This document shows positions 1-10,387 of a stretch of 64,000 nt of DNA, in pieces. Every line of letters starts with the position of its first letter. Positions within the stretch are counted from its first letter, which is position 1. Source of the stretch: an uncultured Pseudomonadota bacterium (GTDB lineage Bacteria > Oederibacteriota > Muellerivitia > Muellerivitales > Muellerivitaceae). Below the pieces are notes generated by a model. It was not told the DNA's origin. It did no database searches and saw only the letters and a list, made by a program, of their open reading frames with translations. The position numbers and the translations under genes were made by a program. Location of the stretch: contig CAWIIP010000002.1 of the NCBI GenBank assembly GCA_963836235.1, positions 480,001-544,000 of the forward strand, written 5' to 3'.

Positions 1-289
1 GGGTTCCGTCTACCGGATCGATCCACCACTTGAAGTCGGATTTATGGTTTTTATCCCAACCAAATTCTTCCCCGCAAAGCTGGTGGCCCGGGAAAGCCTT
101 CCCCAGAATTACCCGAATGACCTGCTCGGCTTCCCGGTCGGCCCGAGTAACCGGCGATCGGTCGACTTTCTTGATAACGGAAACGTTCTTACGGAAGTAT
201 TTCAGGGCCCTTTGTCCGCCTTTTTGGGCGGCGATTTTGGCAACCGCAAGGAAACGCTGCAATTGTTTGCGGCTTAAGGAGTTGGACAT
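1..289 (-). CDS. Inositol monophosphatase family protein (HisN-like), runs off the window start
   Basis: Manual translation from ATG at 289: MSNSLSRKQLQRFLAVAKIAAQKGG...DRSPVTRADREAE...LCGEEFG...WWIDPVDGT; the VT.AD, GEE and WxIDPxDGT motifs are IMPase signatures. Confidence 0.85.
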   Translation of the reverse strand, partial: MSNSLSRKQLQRFLAVAKIAAQKGGQRALKYFRKNVSVIKKVDRSPVTRADREAEQVIRVILGKAFPGHQLCGEEFGWDKNHKSDFKWWIDPVDGT

Positions 290-326
290 GGCAGCATTTT
301 ACAGGCGGAACGGAATGGACGGAAAT

Positions 327-362
327 AAAAAACGCCCCAAGGTCAATCCCTGGTGCGTTTTT
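327..362 (-). terminator. Probable intrinsic terminator
   Basis: AAAAAACGCCCCA...TGGTGCGTTTTT imperfect stem with A/T tails downstream of the 406-807 gene. Confidence 0.5.
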
Positions 363-405
363 AGTGTTTTAGACATCAACGGCGAATGACCACATTAGAT
401 TATTG

Positions 406-807
406 TTACATCATTGCCTTGCCCTTGATGCTGATGGCCTTTTTCGATCCGTCACTGTTCACTTGAGAGGCCTTTTTAGGAATTAAATTCGTACCATACT
501 CATCCCCGGTAATCTCGACTTTCTTTCCTGCATAATTAGCGAAAGCACTGGAGGGAAAGGCCAATATATACAAAGTTTTATCCACGAGAAGGCCCGCCGG
601 GCTTCCGCCTTTCAGGCATTCCGTGCCACAGTTTTTCATGTCCATGTGATCATTGCCCGTTTCGCCATCGTCCAAATAACAGGCCACATCGACCAGGATG
701 CCGGTCATCGTTACGGTTTTAGACTTTTGACCCATATCTTCCGCCCGGCAAATTGAATAGGACACAGCCAAGCCCAACACTAAAACCAACATCGATAATT
801 TTTTCAC
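406..807 (-). CDS. Small secreted protein with Cys/His motif
   Basis: Signal peptide; DxxCY...H...CxxxCLKGGxPxGL motif; AGGAGGA RBS. Confidence 0.7.
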   Translation of the reverse strand: MKKLSMLVLVLGLAVSYSICRAEDMGQKSKTVTMTGILVDVACYLDDGETGNDHMDMKNCGTECLKGGSPAGLLVDKTLYILAFPSSAFANYAGKKVEITGDEYGTNLIPKKASQVNSDGSKKAISIKGKAMM

Positions 808-869
808 CCCATCCTCCTTAAAATTTTAAAATCTGTTCCAAATACTATCGTTTTAAAGGTTTAAAAGTT

Positions 870-1346
870 TCAAGTTAACCGCTGAATTTCCTCTGCCGCA
901 TGAGGAAAAAGTCGTAAAAGCTTCTCCCGGTCACCCAAAACAAAGTCTTCAAACTCAAAACCCGGTGCCACAGTGGTTCCCATCAAGGCGAAATTCCCGC
1001 CTTCGTTTAAATAGCCTCCAAACCAAGTACCCGCAGGAATCAACAGTTGTACTTGTTGCCCCTGTTCCATGCCCTGTCCCAGGACGATTTTTTGGAAATC
1101 CCCATTGGAGCCTAATAGCACCCAGGTCACCGAATCGCCCAGATAAAAGTGAACCATCTCGTCCGAGACAATACGGTGCATCTTGGAAACCGAACCCGGA
1201 ACGAGCAGGTAATAAATGGCGGTAGAGAAAACCCGTTGCGGTTTGAACCCTGGAATGGGTGACGGTCCCCGATAGGTTTCCCGGTAAAAGCCTCCCTCTG
1301 GATGGGGTTTCAGGTTTAGTGATTGAATTATTTTATCCGCTGTCAT
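870..1346 (-). CDS. Cupin_5 (DUF985) family protein
   Basis: LxPHPEGGFYRET, STAIYYLL, HRIxSDE and VAPGFEFEDF motifs. Confidence 0.9.
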   Translation of the reverse strand: MTADKIIQSLNLKPHPEGGFYRETYRGPSPIPGFKPQRVFSTAIYYLLVPGSVSKMHRIVSDEMVHFYLGDSVTWVLLGSNGDFQKIVLGQGMEQGQQVQLLIPAGTWFGGYLNEGGNFALMGTTVAPGFEFEDFVLGDREKLLRLFPHAAEEIQRLT

Positions 1347-1397
1347 CCAAAAACCTTTTTAACCGCAGATTTACGCCTTTATACCTTTACAGCGGCT

Positions 1398-2495
1398 TTA
1401 AACGCCAAAAGAAACACCAATACTCCGGGCGGCCTTGATGAGTTCGTGATTTGTAGGAACTTTGCGGGTTTTGCCACCCACCTCGGACAAGGGAACGGAA
1501 GCCAGTTGACCGTTCTTGAGGGCCACCATGCGGCCAAATTTGCCCTTCAAAATCAGGTCCATCGCGCGGACGCCGAAAAGGGTGGCTAGGTTGCGGTCAA
1601 AAGCCGTCGGCGTTCCACCACGGACCAGATGGCCCAGGATAATCGACCTGTTCTCGATACCGGACTGGGCTTCCAAATGATGGGCCAATTGGCGGCTGAT
1701 GCCGCCGAGCCGGATCCTTTCCGTGGACATGGGATTAATCCGGTCAACCACCATCTTTCCGCCCTTGGGGTGCGCCCCTTCGGCGATGACCACGATACTG
1801 CTCTTCTTACCCCGGCGGCGGCGGCTCCAAATGGCTTCCACTACCTTCTTTTCGTCATAAGGAATTTCGGGAATGAGGATGATATCCCCTCCCCCCGCGA
1901 TACCGGAACGAAGCGCCAGCCAGCCCGCGTAGCGCCCCATGATTTCAACGATGATGACTCGATGGTGGGAATCGGCCACCGTATGCAAGCGGTCGATGGC
2001 CTCAGTGGCGATGGAAACAGCCGTGTCATGGCCGAAAGTCTGGTCCGTACCCATCAAATCGTTGTCGATGGTCTTGGGTACGCCGATGATCCGCACGCCC
2101 ATTTTGGAAAGCTTGTTGGCGACCGTCATACTGCCGTCGCCGCCCAAGACGACCAGGGCTTCGATGCCAAGGCTCGTCAGGTTTCGGGGGATGTCCTTGC
2201 TGCGGTCGTGGTAAATGATCTTGCCCGACTTGTTCTTTTCAATGAGGTGGAAAGGATTGTCTTTGTTGGACGAACCCAGGATGGTGCCGCCCCGGGTAAG
2301 GATATTGGAAACATCGTCTGAACCCAGAATCTTCGTGGATTTCTCGACCAGCCCCAAGAAGCCATCCAGGATACCAACCACTTCGATGCCGTTTTGGACC
2401 GCCGTCTTAACGACCGCGCGGATAACGGCATTCAAACCGGGGCAATCACCGCCGGCGGTTAGAATGCCGATACATTTAACGCGCGAAGAAGACAT
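1398..2495 (-). CDS. pfkA: 6-phosphofructokinase
   Basis: GILTAGGDCPGLNAVIR, GGTILGSS, GGDGS, PKTIDND, EIMGRYAG; start moved to ATG 2495 (AAGAAGGA RBS) to avoid overlap. Confidence 0.93.
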   Translation of the reverse strand: MSSSRVKCIGILTAGGDCPGLNAVIRAVVKTAVQNGIEVVGILDGFLGLVEKSTKILGSDDVSNILTRGGTILGSSNKDNPFHLIEKNKSGKIIYHDRSKDIPRNLTSLGIEALVVLGGDGSMTVANKLSKMGVRIIGVPKTIDNDLMGTDQTFGHDTAVSIATEAIDRLHTVADSHHRVIIVEIMGRYAGWLALRSGIAGGGDIILIPEIPYDEKKVVEAIWSRRRRGKKSSIVVIAEGAHPKGGKMVVDRINPMSTERIRLGGISRQLAHHLEAQSGIENRSIILGHLVRGGTPTAFDRNLATLFGVRAMDLILKGKFGRMVALKNGQLASVPLSEVGGKTRKVPTNHELIKAARSIGVSFGV

Positions 2496-2505
2496 GAAAT
2501 CCTTC

Positions 2506-3021
2506 TTATTGGACCCCGAGTAACTCAACGTCGAATACCAGCGTGGCGTTCGGAGGAATCACCCCGCCCGCGCCCCTCTCGCCGTAACCCAAGTCGGAAG
2601 GAATGGTTAATTTACGTTTCTCGCCAACCCTCATCCCGGCCACACCCTCATCCCAGCCCTTAATGACTTGGCCGGCTCCCAATGTGAATTGGAAAGGCTG
2701 GCCCCGGTCCACCGAACTGTCAAACTTGGTTCCGTCGGTCAACCAGCCGGTGTAATGCACGCTGACCGTTTGGCCCGCCACGGCAAAAGCTCCATGACCG
2801 ACCTTCAAAACTTGGTATTTAAGGCCCGAAGCCGTGGTAATAGTTTTATGGCCGGCCTTTACATGTTTCGCCGCGGGAGTCGGGCTGACGGCGGCGGAAG
2901 CATCGGTGCCGGTGGTAGTGGAACTGGAAGCCGTTGAGTCCTGCGCCTTCACGTAATTCGCCACCAATAAAACCACTCCGATTAAAACTGCCAGACCTAA
3001 AGCCTCATAGCGGTAAATCAT
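2506..3021 (-). CDS. FKBP-type peptidyl-prolyl isomerase with signal peptide
   Basis: [39 protein letters not shown]. Confidence 0.95.
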   Translation of the reverse strand: MIYRYEALGLAVLIGVVLLVANYVKAQDSTASSSTTTGTDASAAVSPTPAAKHVKAGHKTITTASGLKYQVLKVGHGAFAVAGQTVSVHYTGWLTDGTKFDSSVDRGQPFQFTLGAGQVIKGWDEGVAGMRVGEKRKLTIPSDLGYGERGAGGVIPPNATLVFDVELLGVQ

Positions 3022-3131
3022 GCCGATTCCTCCCCTTTGGATGTGAATGAAACGGCGAAAGTATACCTTATCGGCGGGCTAGTTTCAGCAGAAGTCGAAG
3101 GGAAAGGCTTAAAGACTACAGCAAAAACCGA

Positions 3132-3332
3132 TTGAACCACGAAGGCACTAAGGGCACCATGCCGACCTTCCATAAATCTTTTAAAGAGGTCGGTATAGTA
3201 CCGATTTCAATGTTTTGTCTATTCATTGAAAATCGGCACAAGCAAGACTAAAAGCAAAGGTATTTAAAAAATATTCTAAATTCAATCTTTGTTTTAGCTT
3301 TTCTTGGTGCCCTTCCTGCCTTCGTGGTTCAA
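3132..3332. repeat. Nested palindromic (REP/MITE-like) element
   Basis: 28-bp terminal inverted repeat TTGAACCACGAAGGCACTAAGGGCACCA / TGGTGCCCTTCCTGCCTTCGTGGTTCAA (2 mismatches) enclosing further hairpins. Confidence 0.7.
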
Positions 3333-3345
3333 ATTTCTTTGACTC

Positions 3346-3588
3346 TTAGTCTGCAACCCGGGCGACGCGGATAGTGTTGACAATGTCGTGGACACCGCTG
3401 ACGCCATGGACGATGGAGGAAATATCCCGCTTGGTTTCAAAATCATCCACGACTCCCGTCAGGGTCACATGGCCCCCTCGGGCGCTGACATGGATTCCAT
3501 CCCCCATACTACGAACGGCCCGGCTAATGGCCGCTTCCAGCTCGACATCCTTCGGATCGGAAATATTGTTGTTGAATGGATCTGTCAT
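3346..3588 (-). CDS. Single BON-domain protein
   Basis: IHVSARGGHVTLTGVV...GVSGVHDIVNTIRV. Confidence 0.85.
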   Translation of the reverse strand: MTDPFNNNISDPKDVELEAAISRAVRSMGDGIHVSARGGHVTLTGVVDDFETKRDISSIVHGVSGVHDIVNTIRVARVAD

Positions 3589-3683
3589 AGGTCCCCCTTT
3601 TTTAACCAGCGACTTCTTAATAAATGGTACGCCGGATATTCAAGGCTTTCAACGGAGCTCGGTTACCTCCACTTTTAAAGGGT

Positions 3684-3944
3684 CTAAAAATGGTTGAGAT
3701 TCCTTTTTTCCTCCCAGGGTTTTACGTGGATATGGTTGGTCACGATCCGCACCCCCGGAATGGCTTCTACCATTGGAGTGATATCCCTTTTTTCTTGTGC
3801 CTTATCAACCCAACCCAGGAGATTGACATATCCATCCCTTACAACCACTTGAACCGCTCCTGATTTTCCCCGGGAACCTATAGCCCTTTCGATTGTCTCT
3901 TCCAATTCGACATCCTTCAGATTAAGAAACGGCAGAGTTTCCAT
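3684..3944 (-). CDS. Single BON-domain protein
   Basis: VQVVVRDGYVNLLGWV...IPGVRIVTNHIHV. Confidence 0.85.
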   Translation of the reverse strand: METLPFLNLKDVELEETIERAIGSRGKSGAVQVVVRDGYVNLLGWVDKAQEKRDITPMVEAIPGVRIVTNHIHVKPWEEKRNLNHF

Positions 3945-4064
3945 ATCAAACCTCCTAATTTCAAAAGGAAATTTTAACTTTGAACTCTCCTAAGCTTCAT
4001 TGTTTCTCCCTCACCTGATTTCCAATATGACCTATTTCATACTCCCGATGGATTTGTTGGTGCG

Positions 4065-4093
4065 TTGACAGGGCTCTTCCCGGTAAATAAGAT
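4065..4093 (+). promoter_or_regulatory. Sigma70-type promoter of the ABC operon
   Basis: TTGACA-17 bp-TAAGAT. Confidence 0.6.
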
Positions 4094-4139
4094 GCTGGCC
4101 TTATCAAAATAACCTTTTAATTCAGCCTTAGGACATCTT

Positions 4140-5156
4140 ATGGAAAAAGCCCTTCACATCGAAAACCTCTCCAAAAGCTATAAACGCCGCCTGCGTCAGC
4201 CGGGGCTTTGGGGCGCTTTGAAGGGATTGCTTTCCAGCCAATTTGAGGATGTGGAGGCCGTCAAGAAGATCTCTTTTTCCATTAACCGGGGGGAAAAAGT
4301 TGGCCTGATCGGTGAAAACGGCGCGGGCAAATCGACCACCCTCAAAATGCTCACCGGCATCATCGCGCCCACAAGCGGCAGCCTGGAAGTTTTAGGGCAA
4401 CTGCCTTGGAAAGAACGCCGCCAATTAGCCATGAATATCGGGGTGGTCTTTGGCCAGCGGCCCCAATTGCTTTGGGACATTCCGGTACGGGAAACTTTCC
4501 GGCTCTTGAAAACCATGTACCGCATTCCCGAAGAAGTTTACAACGTGACTTATAACGAAGCGGTCCGACGGCTGGGGCTGGAACCCCTGCTGGGGACTCC
4601 CGTCCGCCAACTGTCCCTCGGCCAGCGCATGCGTTGCGACTTGGCGGCGGCCCTATTGCACGCGCCGGCTATCGCTTTTTTGGACGAACCGACCATCGGC
4701 CTGGACCTGTCGGTGAAGGAGCAGGTACGGGAATATATCGCGGATATACAGGAAAAATTCGGCACCACTCTTCTCATTACCACTCACGACCTGAAGGACA
4801 TTACCGAGACCTGCGACCGTTTGCTGTTATTGGATAAAGGAGCGCTTCTTTTCGATGGTTCCATAAAAGCCTTCGAAAAGAAATTTGCCAACGAATCCAG
4901 GATCGTTGCCGAATTGCACCGGCCTGTTGCCCCGTCAGCTTTTAAAAAATTAACCGCCGAAATGAAACGGCACGGTGGAAAGATCATCGTTTCCGAGGGG
5001 CACCGGTTAATCGTGGAATACCGTAAATCCGGAGCCGCCCCGGCCTTGACCCAGATTCTCCTCAAACGGCAAAAAGTAGTGGATCTAGCCCTGGAAAAAA
5101 CCGACATCGAAACCATCGTAACCCGAATTTACCGAAAACCCATCGAAACAAAATAG
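4140..5156 (+). CDS. ABC-2 type exporter ATP-binding subunit
   Basis: GENGAGKST Walker A, LSLGQRMR signature, FLDEPT Walker B. Confidence 0.95.
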   Translation: MEKALHIENLSKSYKRRLRQPGLWGALKGLLSSQFEDVEAVKKISFSINRGEKVGLIGENGAGKSTTLKMLTGIIAPTSGSLEVLGQLPWKERRQLAMNIGVVFGQRPQLLWDIPVRETFRLLKTMYRIPEEVYNVTYNEAVRRLGLEPLLGTPVRQLSLGQRMRCDLAAALLHAPAIAFLDEPTIGLDLSVKEQVREYIADIQEKFGTTLLITTHDLKDITETCDRLLLLDKGALLFDGSIKAFEKKFANESRIVAELHRPVAPSAFKKLTAEMKRHGGKIIVSEGHRLIVEYRKSGAAPALTQILLKRQKVVDLALEKTDIETIVTRIYRKPIETK

Positions 5157-5163
5157 GAGCTTC

Positions 5164-5997
5164 TTGATGCGTCCTCTTCAGCCTGCTCTTACTACCCTGG
5201 AGTTCACGAAGGGTTATGCCTCCCTTTTTATTCGCTCCCTTAAGGCCAGTTTTGCCTACCGGGCCACCACTTTTACTTCCCTTCTCACAGCCACCGTGGC
5301 CTATGCCATTCCCATGTTGGTCTGGCGCCAGGTTTACGCCCAAAACCCATTAGGGCCTTCCATATCCCAGGCCAAAATGTTTCCCTACCTGCTTCTCGCT
5401 TGTTGCGTGAACTATTCGCTGGGAATGAGTGTGGAATTCAGGATTAGCCAACGCATCCGCATGGGCCTCATCGCTACCGACCTTTTGAAACCCCTGGATT
5501 TCCAGGTGGCGCAGGGCGTCCAATCCGTCAGCGACGGTCTTTTCAATGGCTTCTTGGGAATGACGGTTTTCTTTTGCGGTTTTCTTTTTCTTGGCCCGGA
5601 GGTTTTCCCCGCCGGCTGGGAGGCATTTGGCCTCTTTATCCTCAGCTATTTGCTGGCTTTCCTGGTGATGTACGGCATTTGTTTTATCTTTGTCCAGGGC
5701 GCCTTTTACACTTACAGCGGATATGGCATCCTGACGGCCCGAATGGCCTTGCAATATACCTTTTCAGGCATGTCGGCCCCCCTGTCCCTTTACCCGGCTT
5801 TTCTTGGAGCCATCGGCCATTGGCTGCCTTTCCAACACACCATCTTCACGCCTGTTTCTATTTATATGGGATGGGTTCAAGGCGAACAAGCTTGGAGCCT
5901 TATTGGAGAACAAGCTCTTTGGGTCCTTGCCCTTTTTGTGGTTGGAAAACTCTTAATGAATCAGGCATTAAAACAATTGGAAATCCAGGGAGGCTGA
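5164..5997 (+). CDS. ABC-2 family permease (ABC2_membrane_6-like)
   Basis: Multiple TM segments, IRMGLIATDLLKPLD, WLPFQ...PVSIYMG, C-terminal IQGG. Confidence 0.88.
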   Translation: MMRPLQPALTTLEFTKGYASLFIRSLKASFAYRATTFTSLLTATVAYAIPMLVWRQVYAQNPLGPSISQAKMFPYLLLACCVNYSLGMSVEFRISQRIRMGLIATDLLKPLDFQVAQGVQSVSDGLFNGFLGMTVFFCGFLFLGPEVFPAGWEAFGLFILSYLLAFLVMYGICFIFVQGAFYTYSGYGILTARMALQYTFSGMSAPLSLYPAFLGAIGHWLPFQHTIFTPVSIYMGWVQGEQAWSLIGEQALWVLALFVVGKLLMNQALKQLEIQGG

Positions 5998-6004
5998 TAC
6001 CGCA

Positions 6005-6787
6005 ATGGATATGTTGAAACTATATTGGATGGCTTTCAACACGGCCCTCCAAGCTAAATTTGAGTACCGGGTGGATTTCGTTCTCGGGGTTCTGACCTCC
6101 TGCATGATGCAGATGGCGAACCTCGCTTTTCTATTGGTGATCTTCCACCAAACGCCAGGCCTGAACGGCTGGGGTCCGGACGAAGTGGTTCTTCTTTTCG
6201 GACTGACGGCGGCGGCATTGGGGACCTCCGAACTCTTCTTCAATCATATCTGGATGGTTCCCTATTACATCGTCATGGGTGAATTGGACAGGCTTTTGAC
6301 CTACCCGGTCAACTCCCTCTACTTCCTATTAATCACGCGGCCCGAACTTCACGCCTTCGGTAATTTGGCTACCGGATTCGCTCTTGCCTCCATCGCGCTG
6401 GTCCATCTTCACGCGCCTTGGATCGCCTGGCTTTTGCTCCCCTTCGCTGCCTTTTTCGGCTGTCTGGTTTACACCGCAGCCCTGGTCATCGCGGCTAGTC
6501 TTTCCTTTGTCTTCATCAGTGCCACTTCCATGCACCTGATGATTCCCCACACGCTTCTTCAATCCACCCGCTGGCCTCTTAGCATTTATCCTTTCGCGCT
6601 CCAATACATCCTTTTATTATTGATTCCCTACGGAGCCTTCAATTACCTTCCGGCGGGTTTTATCTTGGGAAAGGGCTTGGCGCCCTGGCTTTTAGGGGCG
6701 ACACCCTTGGCCTGTTTGGCCTTTATGACCGTCTCGGGCCGGATGTGGCGATGGGGTATCGGCAAATACGAAAGCACGGGATCTTAA
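6005..6787 (+). CDS. ABC-2 family permease
   Basis: EYRVDF, LNGW, GELDRLLTYPV, PLSIYP, C-terminal YESTGS. Confidence 0.88.
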   Translation: MDMLKLYWMAFNTALQAKFEYRVDFVLGVLTSCMMQMANLAFLLVIFHQTPGLNGWGPDEVVLLFGLTAAALGTSELFFNHIWMVPYYIVMGELDRLLTYPVNSLYFLLITRPELHAFGNLATGFALASIALVHLHAPWIAWLLLPFAAFFGCLVYTAALVIAASLSFVFISATSMHLMIPHTLLQSTRWPLSIYPFALQYILLLLIPYGAFNYLPAGFILGKGLAPWLLGATPLACLAFMTVSGRMWRWGIGKYESTGS

Positions 6788-6865
6788 CAGGTTGCTGAAA
6801 AATAGGGGTTCAGCAATCTGTTAAATAAAAAAGCCCTGCGGCGTTCTTACCTTGCCACAGGGCTT
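6784..6865. terminator. Two hairpins between convergent operons
   Basis: TTAACAGGTTGCTGAA/TTCAGCAATCTGTTAA (15/16 match) and minus-strand AAGCCCTGTGGC...GCCGCAGGGCTTTTTT terminator. Confidence 0.6.
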
Positions 6866-7056
6866 GCCCAATGCGATACGACAACCAATAGGTCCCACTT
6901 ATAAATAAAACTCACTTATACCGTGAAGGAAAGCCTCTCATCCCGATCGGTCTTTAACCCTTCACATGCTCTAGACGGCCCTTTTATCCTTTAGTTCAAA
7001 ATTTTTAAACTTTTTATTCATTAAAAATAAACCGTTTTCAAGTTAAACCAAATTCA

Positions 7057-8370
7057 TTACTGGTACTGCTGGAGCCACTGCCTTAATCGATCATTGGCCG
7101 GATCCAATTCCAAAACCTTACGATAAGACTCTAAAGACTTATCGAAATAAAGCCTTCCTAATCGGCTCCATGCTTTTTCAAAATTAGGATCCTTTTCCAC
7201 GGCTTTGATGTAAAGATCCAAGGCCTCTTGTTTAAGACCCATTCGGAGTTTTTCTTCCGCCTGATCAAACAATTGCTGCGGAGTCAATTCATCCTGGGAG
7301 GTAACCTGGAATTTCAACATCACAGGCTTATTACCCGCGGCTGGCGGTGGAAGAGCGGGATTCGAACTGATTCCCGGTAAAATACTCATCGGAGGAGGAT
7401 TAACCCCGGTTTTGGGGGCTTTCACCGGGGGCTCAAAAAACACGGAAAGGCCGAAACGTTGGATATTGCCTAAATTTCCCTCGAAAGAAAAGGAATAGTC
7501 GAATTGAAACTGCCCTACCCTCGCGCCCGCCCCGAAATCCAGCCCCTGCATTCCCCCCAATTGGTTATCCTGCAAATCATAGGAATATCCCGCCCTTAAA
7601 AAATAGCTCTTTTGATAAGAGTACTCAAAACCCGAATTAAGATGGCTGTTTCCTTGAAAAGCCAAGTCCCCTCCCGCGCTGACCAACAAGGAATGCAATT
7701 CTCTTTTAGCTAGGCTAAACCGGTAAGCGGCTCCCCAATAAAAATCTGCCGGTAAATTATATCCTCCGGTTTCCACTCCTAAATTTTTCATGTTGAACCC
7801 AATTGAAAAACGCTCGACGGGTTTGGCCCAAAAACCCAGGTCCCATAGCAAACCGGTGTGAACAACACCGGCAATGTCCTGGCGAATCCATTGGCTGGCG
7901 AATCCCAAGGAAACGTCCTTATCGATCAGGAAACCGAAACCTCCCTCCGCGCTAATGTCAAAAGGAGTGTAAGTACCAATCAAATTCCCAAAGTTGTCCC
8001 GCTGGTCAATGCTTCCATAATTGAGGTAATTGATGCCCAAGGCTAAGGTTCCCGCCGGACCCATGGGGTAAAGGCCGGCCACGTTGTCATAAAACCCATC
8101 GGCTAGGTAGGTATTATGGGTTAACACCATCTCGGGCTGTTGGATCTGGGCCAATCCCGCCGAGTTGTAGTGAAGCGCCGAAAGATCATCCGCAACCGCG
8201 GTGAAGCTTTCTCCCATCCCCACCGCCCGGGCCCCCATCCCGAAAGAAAGTATGGGAAAAGCGGTAGAGCTATTGGAAGAAACGGTCTGGGAGAAAAGCC
8301 GGTCCGCGCAGGCGACTATTCCCAAACCTATCAAAACAATGAGTAACCTCTTGTTCAAAATAGGCCTCAA
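7057..8370 (-). CDS. PorV/PorQ-like (UPF0164) outer-membrane beta-barrel with C-terminal TPR
   Basis: Signal peptide; GARAVGMGESFTAVADDLSALHYNSAGLA motif; amphipathic strands; Pro-rich linker followed by TPR. Confidence 0.8.
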   Translation of the reverse strand: MRPILNKRLLIVLIGLGIVACADRLFSQTVSSNSSTAFPILSFGMGARAVGMGESFTAVADDLSALHYNSAGLAQIQQPEMVLTHNTYLADGFYDNVAGLYPMGPAGTLALGINYLNYGSIDQRDNFGNLIGTYTPFDISAEGGFGFLIDKDVSLGFASQWIRQDIAGVVHTGLLWDLGFWAKPVERFSIGFNMKNLGVETGGYNLPADFYWGAAYRFSLAKRELHSLLVSAGGDLAFQGNSHLNSGFEYSYQKSYFLRAGYSYDLQDNQLGGMQGLDFGAGARVGQFQFDYSFSFEGNLGNIQRFGLSVFFEPPVKAPKTGVNPPPMSILPGISSNPALPPPAAGNKPVMLKFQVTSQDELTPQQLFDQAEEKLRMGLKQEALDLYIKAVEKDPNFEKAWSRLGRLYFDKSLESYRKVLELDPANDRLRQWLQQYQ

Positions 8371-8549
8371 AAAAGATTCAATTAATAAAACGGATTGACT
8401 ACTCCAAAAGACTTTTCTCTATTCCCATAAGACCACTCTCGTCTGACCCACGCATTATAGTCGGGAAAAACAGATATTATTCAGAGGATAAAACACCTTA
8501 AAGGACCACTATCCAAAAGTTATTTCGAAGAAAAACGATAGGCTTTTCG

Positions 8550-9383
8550 TCACGGTGTTCGAACAACCGCGAATTTAGTCGGTTTTGATTTTCGGGCTCC
8601 GGAGATTCCTTGCGTCTGAACAAAATAGTAATAAATCCCATGGGAATATCGGGTGATATCAGCGGGGTAAATATTAGGCCCCGGAACGCCACTGGTGTTA
8701 TAGGTCGCCGCCAACCCTACCGTCGAATTATAAACCGAAATTTTCACCTGGCTTGCCTCACAAAGAACAAACAGAAAGTTCATCGTGTTTCCCATGGCTG
8801 GATTTGGATAAGAATAGGTTTCGATCGTGCTGCAGTCACTGGCTGTGAAAGGGGGCGTAGGAGTTGATGAAACCACCGGAGTGGCCGTCACCGTAAATGT
8901 AACAGTGCCCGTGAAGGTTGTGGTTGAAGTAAAGGTCTGAGTTGGGGAAAGCGTAGGTGTGGCAGTGCTGGTTGGTGTAAACGTAAAGGTTAAAGTGAAA
9001 GTGTTTGTTTCCGTATTCGTCGAGGTGGAAGTGCTGGTCACAATTGCGGTTGAAGTTGGCGTATTGGTCGGGGTGTTCGTAAGGGTATTGACGGCGGTCA
9101 TTGTGGGTGTGCTTGTCGCGGTGCCAATAGGCGTATTGGTGGCCGTGTTGGAAGCCGTGGAAGTCGGGGTATTGGTGACTAGAATCGTCGGACTAGGCGT
9201 TGGGCTCATGGTGAGTGTGCAAGGACTACAAAAAGTTGCCGTATTCGTGGGGGTACTGGTGAAAGCCTGGCAAAAGCCCCTGGAATGGACTTCAAATAGG
9301 ATGAACCACAAGCCCAAAAAGCACAGGAATTTTTTCATCCGAGAGATTCTAACTTTATGATGAATTTGGGAGGTAGATAACAT
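8550..9383 (-). CDS. Secreted Thr-rich protein with T9SS-like C-terminal domain
   Basis: Signal peptide, (T-x)n stalk, YPNP...VKISVYN...GIYYY. Confidence 0.75.
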   Translation of the reverse strand: MLSTSQIHHKVRISRMKKFLCFLGLWFILFEVHSRGFCQAFTSTPTNTATFCSPCTLTMSPTPSPTILVTNTPTSTASNTATNTPIGTATSTPTMTAVNTLTNTPTNTPTSTAIVTSTSTSTNTETNTFTLTFTFTPTSTATPTLSPTQTFTSTTTFTGTVTFTVTATPVVSSTPTPPFTASDCSTIETYSYPNPAMGNTMNFLFVLCEASQVKISVYNSTVGLAATYNTSGVPGPNIYPADITRYSHGIYYYFVQTQGISGARKSKPTKFAVVRTP

Positions 9384-9391
9384 GTTGTGAT

Positions 9392-10387
9392 TTATTTAGG
9401 AAGAATCTTTAAGATGCCCGACATCTTTTTATTCCCCAGATCGAGTACGACCGTATAGTCGCCCGGAAGAACCGCGTTCCCTAGTTCGTCCTTCCCATCC
9501 CAATCAACATAATGGTCACCCGTTTCCAGGACACCCTGATAAAGATGCCGAATCAAGAGTGTGTTGGAATCGTAAACCGTCACGATGACATTTTGCGTCT
9601 TTGGCATATCAATAGTAACTCGGAGGGAATCCCCCTCCGCCGTGGAAGATGATCCGGAATTCACCGCAGGAATCCCTGGAGGCGCGGTATTTGTAACTGA
9701 GGACGGGATCGGGCTGGTTAGATTTTGCGCGTTTACGGATGAGAAACTACCTGGATTCGAGATTGAAGGAACGGTTGCGCCAAATCCACTTTCACGGGTC
9801 GCGGGACCCAAAGATGACACGGAAGGATTCTTCCCATTGGAATCGGCATGGGACGCCACATCAACTTCTGTTCCTTTCAAACGAGAAGACTGAGGTTCTG
9901 AGGCCAATTGGGGCGAAGGGGAACTCATCTTTTTCTCCGATTTGACTGTTAAGGTTAGACCTTTTGTTGGCTGATTTCCCGGGACTGGTTGAGACTCCGG
10001 TAAGGCAAGCATGGCGGATGGCTGGCTGTTGATCGATGATTGAATCATTGGCCAAATTCGGCGAACTCCAAAATAAAGGACTCCTGCCGAGGCAAGGACT
10101 AAGACGATTTTGTTTGTAAGCTTAAGGAAACGCAAAATGGGTGAGGGTTTGTATTGGCTCCAAATGGCGCCTATCTTGCCGTCTAAACGGCCCGCCATTT
10201 CATCAATTTGAGCCTCCGATACCGGCCCCAGTCTTTGGGCAACAGCTTGAGTCACCTGTTCAGCGAAAAGGGGATTCTTACGAATGAGCGCGTCGAATTC
10301 GGCTTGGGCTTCTTCGGTAAAAGACCCATCCAAATAGATTTGTAATAAGGTTTCAGGAGTGAATTTCATGAGCTTCTCTCTTCCCAT
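9392..10387 (-). CDS. Putative anti-sigma factor with TM helix and C-terminal FlgD-Ig-like domain
   Basis: Directly follows the ECF sigma gene; N-terminal LLQIYLDG helix; one TM; VTVYD...[16 protein letters not shown]. Confidence 0.7.
   Translation of the reverse strand: MGREKLMKFTPETLLQIYLDGSFTEEAQAEFDALIRKNPLFAEQVTQAVAQRLGPVSEAQIDEMAGRLDGKIGAIWSQYKPSPILRFLKLTNKIVLVLASAGVLYFGVRRIWPMIQSSINSQPSAMLALPESQPVPGNQPTKGLTLTVKSEKKMSSPSPQLASEPQSSRLKGTEVDVASHADSNGKNPSVSSLGPATRESGFGATVPSISNPGSFSSVNAQNLTSPIPSSVTNTAPPGIPAVNSGSSSTAEGDSLRVTIDMPKTQNVIVTVYDSNTLLIRHLYQGVLETGDHYVDWDGKDELGNAVLPGDYTVVLDLGNKKMSGILKILPK

Noticed and set aside
6870-7050. Possible riboswitch or sRNA (GTGAAGG...CCTTCAC stem) between convergent operons
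   Set aside because: No recognisable aptamer motif and it is not upstream of a gene; cannot be supported without an Rfam search.
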